Source: a virus (taxonomy: Duplodnaviria; Caudoviricetes). Taken from it: DNA of 30,270 nucleotides. The translations under genes were made by a program, and so were the position numbers. The stretch's first letter is position 1; every line of letters begins with the position of its first letter. Shown here one piece after another: positions 25,931 through 30,270 of this stretch. Location of the stretch: positions 1 to 30,270 of the IMG/VR virus record IMGVR_UViG_3300007784_000003; one strand, 5' to 3'. Under the pieces are notes generated by a model, which searched no databases, was not told the origin of the DNA, and worked only from the letters and a program-made list of their open reading frames with translations.

Positions 25931-26178
25931 TGGTAGCTGACATCTACCCCAGACCCGGTGGTATCGGGATTGGGACAAAGCTACGTAACACCTTCTCAGG
26001 TGCCGTGTACCTCATCGCTGCTTCAGACACGAATGTCATCAACATGTTCAACATCGAGTCCGGCATGCGGTTAATCCCTACTGGAATGAAGGTGAGTGAC
26101 GTGGACAACCTGGACTACACGGAAGCTGTTCGTCTGCTGGATAACCTGAAACGCTGGGAGATAATCGGTGAGTATTGA
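25924..26178 (+). CDS. Hypothetical protein (start 25924 or 25930)
   Basis: AAGGAG RBS; overlaps the upstream stop. Confidence 0.6.
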   Translation: MLMVADIYPRPGGIGIGTKLRNTFSGAVYLIAASDTNVINMFNIESGMRLIPTGMKVSDVDNLDYTEAVRLLDNLKRWEIIGEY

Positions 26179-26190
26179 TAGGGCCTTCGG

Positions 26191-26298
26191 GTGACACATC
26201 TACGCATAGTCACTGACTGCTGCACCTTGGTGTGGTACACGTTGGCACCTGAGATAGACAAGGTGGTGACCAACCTGCAGTGGACCTTTAACTTCTAG
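26191..26298 (+). CDS. Possible 35-aa ORF (GTG start)
   Basis: Fills the intergenic gap (MTHLRIVTDCCTLVWYTLAPEIDKVVTNLQWTFNF); RBS weak. Confidence 0.3.
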   Translation: MTHLRIVTDCCTLVWYTLAPEIDKVVTNLQWTFNF

Positions 26299-26310
26299 AG
26301 GATTAATCTG

Positions 26311-26535
26311 ATGGCAACCAACGACATCACAGGCGATAACATCAAGTCCCGAGTAGCCAACCGGAAGTACCGGGACAACTACGACGAAATATTCGGCCAG
26401 TCCGAATCCAACCCAGAACTCGACGCGTTGTATGACCGGGCGCGTTACGAGCTGGTAACCCAAGGCCTCGTGTCAACAATCACGATGGCTCAGATAGTAG
26501 AAGCTGGTGGCGACGCCGAGCTTATTGCGCCTTAA
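26311..26535 (+). CDS. Hypothetical protein (74 aa)
   Basis: GAGG RBS; N-terminal NDITGD.I.S.....YRDNYD.IFG. Confidence 0.7.
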   Translation: MATNDITGDNIKSRVANRKYRDNYDEIFGQSESNPELDALYDRARYELVTQGLVSTITMAQIVEAGGDAELIAP

Positions 26536-26559
26536 CCATCTCACATAGGAGACAATCAC

Positions 26560-27249
26560 ATGGCGAAAACCTTAACCTCCCTCCCCAGCATTGCCCACTA
26601 TCCGCACCTGAACAAGCCGGATACCCGGTTTGACGCTGATGGCACGTATCACGTCAAGCTGCGCATGGACACCGACGAGCCTGAAGTCGCTGAGTTCATT
26701 GAGTGGATTGACGCCGAGCACGAGAAAGCCAAGCAGACTTTCATCGAGAAGCTGATGAACGATGAGAAGAAGCCGCTGACCAAAGCCGCTGCTACCAAGA
26801 AGACGAAGGATGGTGACAAGCCTTACGTCTACGAGGAAGACGAGGATGGTGAGCCGACCAACATGGTGCTGGTCAACTTCAAGATGAAGGCTCACGTCAA
26901 GAGCAAGAAGACCGGCAAGGAGTTTGACCTCGAGCCAAAGTTCTTCGACGCCTCTGGCACTGTCCTGAAGGGCAAGCGCAAGCCGCTGGTCTACGGTGGC
27001 TCCACCATCAAGGTTGCCTATACGCCGCAGCATTGGGGATCCATCAAGCTGGGTGCCAGCATCCGATTCCAGATGGAAGCCGTCCAGATTATCAACCTCG
27101 TCACTGGTGGTGGAAGTGATAACGCTGATGACTATGGCTTCGGTGCCGAGTCCGGTGGTTACGTTGCACCTGAAGCTGACTCCATGCCTGAGTCCACTCA
27201 CGCCGATGACGACGACGATGATGACGATGACGGCACGGGTGACTTCTAA
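26560..27249 (+). CDS. gp2.5: Single-stranded DNA-binding protein (T7 gp2.5-like)
   Basis: YPHLNKPD..F, FK.KA, GGS..KV, AVQII.LV, acidic tail ending in GDF. Confidence 0.93.
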   Translation: MAKTLTSLPSIAHYPHLNKPDTRFDADGTYHVKLRMDTDEPEVAEFIEWIDAEHEKAKQTFIEKLMNDEKKPLTKAAATKKTKDGDKPYVYEEDEDGEPTNMVLVNFKMKAHVKSKKTGKEFDLEPKFFDASGTVLKGKRKPLVYGGSTIKVAYTPQHWGSIKLGASIRFQMEAVQIINLVTGGGSDNADDYGFGAESGGYVAPEADSMPESTHADDDDDDDDDGTGDF

Positions 27250-27308
27250 TCCATCCTGTTGTTGAGCAATTCCGTAGCTGGGTAGCTCGACTGGATGACT
27301 TCAAGAAA

Positions 27309-27683
27309 ATGGAGTTGTCCATCGAGCTTAACCCGGTGCCCGCTTCGAGACCACGAGTTACCAAGTGGGGAACGTATTACGGGAAACGCTACTCGACATG
27401 GAAGAAGGCAGCACCCTTCTCACTTCCAAATAATCCTGACCCATTCTTTGGCACAGCACATGTGGCTGTGTGCCTCGAGTTCGTTGTGGCCAAGCCAAAG
27501 ACAACCAAACGCACGACACCTCTCGGTGACATCGACAACTACACCAAGGCTGCGCTCGATGCTGTAACGGCATGCGGTGCTGTCTGGAAGGATGACGATC
27601 AAGTGACTGTGCATGTTGCACAGAAGAGGTACGCACGTCCCGACGAGGAACCTCGGACGGACATACTGATAGTTGAATACTAG
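27309..27683 (+). CDS. rusA: RusA-family Holliday junction resolvase (may start at ATC 27249)
   Basis: PVP..RPR, DIDNYTK..LD and W.DD.QV are RusA catalytic motifs. Confidence 0.88.
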   Translation: MELSIELNPVPASRPRVTKWGTYYGKRYSTWKKAAPFSLPNNPDPFFGTAHVAVCLEFVVAKPKTTKRTTPLGDIDNYTKAALDAVTACGAVWKDDDQVTVHVAQKRYARPDEEPRTDILIVEY

Positions 27684-27694
27684 GGAGAAACGCA

Positions 27695-27928
27695 ATGAAA
27701 GTAACGAAGACATCACTGATTCTGGATGCCCTGATTGCTGGGGACCGACTGACTCACCTGAAGGCCATCGCTTACGGCACATACCGTCTCGCTGACGTTG
27801 TATACCGACTGCGGAGGAAAGGCTATCCGATTGTTGCTACTAACAAGACGGATTCGAAGGGCACTCTGTTCACGGAGTACCACATTCCAGCCATGTACCG
27901 CGCGGTGTTCAACCGCCAGGCGGCGTAA
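27695..27928 (+). CDS. Small winged-helix DNA-binding protein
   Basis: IL..L..G..LT.L.A..YG.YRLA..VY.LR..GY.I pattern; GGGAG RBS. Confidence 0.75.
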   Translation: MKVTKTSLILDALIAGDRLTHLKAIAYGTYRLADVVYRLRRKGYPIVATNKTDSKGTLFTEYHIPAMYRAVFNRQAA

Positions 27929-27948
27929 GCACTTCAGGTGACCCTCTT

Positions 27949-27984
27949 AGCCCTGCCCCTATGTTATGGGGGTGGGGCTTTTTT
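27949..27984 (+). terminator. Intrinsic terminator
   Basis: AGCCCTGCCCCTAT / ATGGGGGTGGGGCT stem with G-U pairs, ending in a T6 run. Confidence 0.8.
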
Positions 27985-28005
27985 AGTTCTGGCAGGAGAA
28001 GACTC

Positions 28006-28173
28006 ATGAAAGCACAGGTAGTCGTTGACTCAGCGATGCGCATTGCATTCGCACAGGCACACAACAAGGCGCACGGTTCCCGTCTCAAGTCCACAGTCGC
28101 ACGCAGGCTGCGCACCAACAGGGGACGCATCTTCTCACGTGGCTGGCGTGTCATCAGGAGAAAGCGGAAATGA
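28006..28173 (+). CDS. Hypothetical Arg-rich protein (55 aa)
   Basis: AGGAG RBS before ATG 28006. Confidence 0.6.
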   Translation: MKAQVVVDSAMRIAFAQAHNKAHGSRLKSTVARRLRTNRGRIFSRGWRVIRRKRK

Positions 28174-28406
28174 AAGACGAAGACAACTACGTCTACCGCA
28201 TCTGGGATGTAGACAACAACCAGTACTGGCATTCGCCTTCCGGCAAGCGTCAGTTCACGTCACCCGAAGTGGCCAAGAACGCATGGAACTCAGCGCGTTG
28301 CTGGCAGCGCAATGAGCAGGGACATCGTGTGGGCTGGAATGACTTCGAGGAAACCAGTCGCGGCTTCGTGCTTCACAAGTTCAGACTGCAGCGAGTGACA
28401 TCATGA
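28170..28406 (+). CDS. Hypothetical protein (78 aa)
   Basis: ATGA overlaps at both ends. Confidence 0.65.
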   Translation: MKDEDNYVYRIWDVDNNQYWHSPSGKRQFTSPEVAKNAWNSARCWQRNEQGHRVGWNDFEETSRGFVLHKFRLQRVTS

Positions 28407-28606
28407 ATCACTTTGACGCCCTTGGTAGACCGCTGCACATCGGTGACAAGGTTGCATACATCAGCCGCTACGGCTCGAGCATCCATGTTGAGGAACGTGA
28501 AGTAGACACGCTCGGCGTCACCATCAAGTACAACCGCACCGCCCACTACATCACGTTTGTCAACAGCAGTGGCAAGGTCAACCCCAAGAACACAGTGAGG
28601 CTATGA
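28403..28606 (+). CDS. Hypothetical small beta-barrel-like protein (67 aa)
   Basis: D.LG..L.IGD.V pattern; ATGA overlap. Confidence 0.6.
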   Translation: MNHFDALGRPLHIGDKVAYISRYGSSIHVEEREVDTLGVTIKYNRTAHYITFVNSSGKVNPKNTVRL

Positions 28607-28607
28607 C

Positions 28608-30254
28608 ATGAGCATACACGGAGAGGTAGTAGACCGAGCGCCCTGCTCCGAATGTGGTAGCTCGGACAACGTCGCAGTCTATACGGACGGCTATGAAAAG
28701 TGTTTCGGCATGGGCTGTGACTATTTCAAGATGCCGGACGGTGACGCGCCCACACCACGCAAACGGGAGAGCAAGATGGCAGGACACGTAATCGAGGACT
28801 TCGAGGTACGGGACATCCCGGCCCGGAAGCTGCGCGAGAAGACGCTGAAGAAGTGGCGGTATGGCGTTGGCAAGTACAAGGGCAAGACCGTACAGATAGC
28901 CAACTACATCCGCGACGGACAGGTCCAAGCACAAAAGGTACGCTTCGCGAACAAAGACTTTCTGATGCTGGGTGACACCAAGCGTCCGGGTCTGTACGGC
29001 CAGCATCTCTGGCGGGATGGTGGTAAGTACCTCTGCATCACCGAGGGTGAGATTGACGCACTCTCCGTGTCGCAGCTGTTCGAAGACAAGTGGCCGGTAG
29101 TGTCCCTGCCTAATGGCGCACAGTCTGCCGCGAAGGCAATCAAAGATGAGCTGGACTGGCTGATGAAGTTCGACAACATCGTGCTGATGTTCGACAACGA
29201 CGACGCAGGCAGGGAAGCAACGGAGACCGTGTGCCACCTGCTTCCCCCGGGTAAGGTGAAGGTAGCCCAGCTGCCACTGAAAGATGCCAACGAGATGTTG
29301 GTGGCTGGCCGTGGTGGCGAAGTGGTTGAGGCTTTCTGGAACGCCAAGGTCTACCGGCCCGATGGGATCCTGAGTGTATCCGACCTGATGGAGGACGCAC
29401 TCAAGCCTATTGAGATGGGCATACCGTGGCCGTGGAAGGAGTTGACTGATGTTACTTACGGACGAAGAGATGGCGAAGTGTATGCGATTGGCGCTGGGAC
29501 CGGGGTTGGGAAGACAGACTTCTTCACGCAGTGTATCACACACGACGCAGAGGAACTCAACGTTAAATGTGGCGTTCTGTACCTCGAACAGCCTCCAGTG
29601 GAAACGCTACGCCGGATTGCCGGAAAGCTGGCGGGGAAGAAATTTCACTTGCCTAACGGAGACTGGACGGAAAGTGAATATAAAGCTGCGCTGAAGCGGC
29701 TGGATGAGCATGACAACATTCACTTTTACAACCACTTTGGTATCAGCGATTGGGAGATTATCAAGGCTCGCATTCGCTACATGGTTATCTCGATGGAGTG
29801 TAAGCACATCTACCTCGATCACCTGACTGCCTTGGCAGCTGGTGCTGAGGACGAGCGCAAGGCCCTCGAGGAAATCATGGCGGACATCGCTGGTATGGCA
29901 CAGGAGATGGGCTTCAAGTTTCACTTCGTCTCTCACCTTGCTACGCCTGAAGGCAAACCGCACGAGGAAGGAGGGCGCGTAATGATCCGGCACTTCAAAG
30001 GATCCCGAGCCATCGGCTTCTGGTCTCACTTCATGTTTGGCATGGAGCGTGACCAACAGGCTGAGGAGCGAGACGTGTCCACGTTCCGTGTACTCAAGGA
30101 CCGGTACTCAGGTCAGGCCACTGGTTTCACCATGGGTCTACGTTATGACCATAACACCGGGCTTATGTCTGCATGTCCCGCCCCGGAAGCCAAGCCGAAG
30201 ACCGGCAAGGACTACGGGTTCAAAGACGAATCACCAACAGGTGGTGAATTTTAA
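28608..30254 (+). CDS. gp4: DNA primase-helicase (T7 gp4-like)
   Basis: Zn finger CSECGSSD..CFGMGC, TOPRIM TEGEIDA and MFDNDDAG, Walker A GAGTGVGKT, LDH, VSHL, KGS, acidic tail ending in F. Confidence 0.96.
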   Translation: MSIHGEVVDRAPCSECGSSDNVAVYTDGYEKCFGMGCDYFKMPDGDAPTPRKRESKMAGHVIEDFEVRDIPARKLREKTLKKWRYGVGKYKGKTVQIANYIRDGQVQAQKVRFANKDFLMLGDTKRPGLYGQHLWRDGGKYLCITEGEIDALSVSQLFEDKWPVVSLPNGAQSAAKAIKDELDWLMKFDNIVLMFDNDDAGREATETVCHLLPPGKVKVAQLPLKDANEMLVAGRGGEVVEAFWNAKVYRPDGILSVSDLMEDALKPIEMGIPWPWKELTDVTYGRRDGEVYAIGAGTGVGKTDFFTQCITHDAEELNVKCGVLYLEQPPVETLRRIAGKLAGKKFHLPNGDWTESEYKAALKRLDEHDNIHFYNHFGISDWEIIKARIRYMVISMECKHIYLDHLTALAAGAEDERKALEEIMADIAGMAQEMGFKFHFVSHLATPEGKPHEEGGRVMIRHFKGSRAIGFWSHFMFGMERDQQAEERDVSTFRVLKDRYSGQATGFTMGLRYDHNTGLMSACPAPEAKPKTGKDYGFKDESPTGGEF

Positions 30255-30270
30255 TGGATCAGTTCGCACA
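30254..30270 (+). CDS. Start of next gene, truncated by the window end
   Basis: TAATG stop/start overlap with GGTG upstream; only 5 codons visible. Confidence 0.35.

Overview
About 30 kb of a T7-like podophage genome (Autographiviridae-like), with every credible gene on the + strand. The window opens in the late module: a putative decoration protein, tail tubes A/B, three ejection proteins (one with a C-terminal lysozyme), tail fibre and terminase. An unusual post-terminase cluster follows, containing an HslV/proteasome-beta-like Thr hydrolase and Lys-rich mini-proteins. The sequence then crosses a ~550 bp non-coding late-to-early junction (probable genome ends joined) into the early region: sigma70 promoters, a Cys-rich protein, a C5-methyltransferase-like gene, many small ORFs, a tyrosine integrase and a single-subunit RNA polymerase. 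It ends in the replication module (SSB, RusA in place of endonuclease I, HTH protein, primase-helicase). Main points of interest: an exact 19-bp repeat with T7-promoter geometry on both sides of the RNAP gene; a 12-bp tandem array that may be an origin; an rrn-like sigma70 promoter inside the integrase 3' end; the protease/mini-protein cluster; and a possible AUC start for RusA. All calls come from reading motifs and gene order; no database searches were run.
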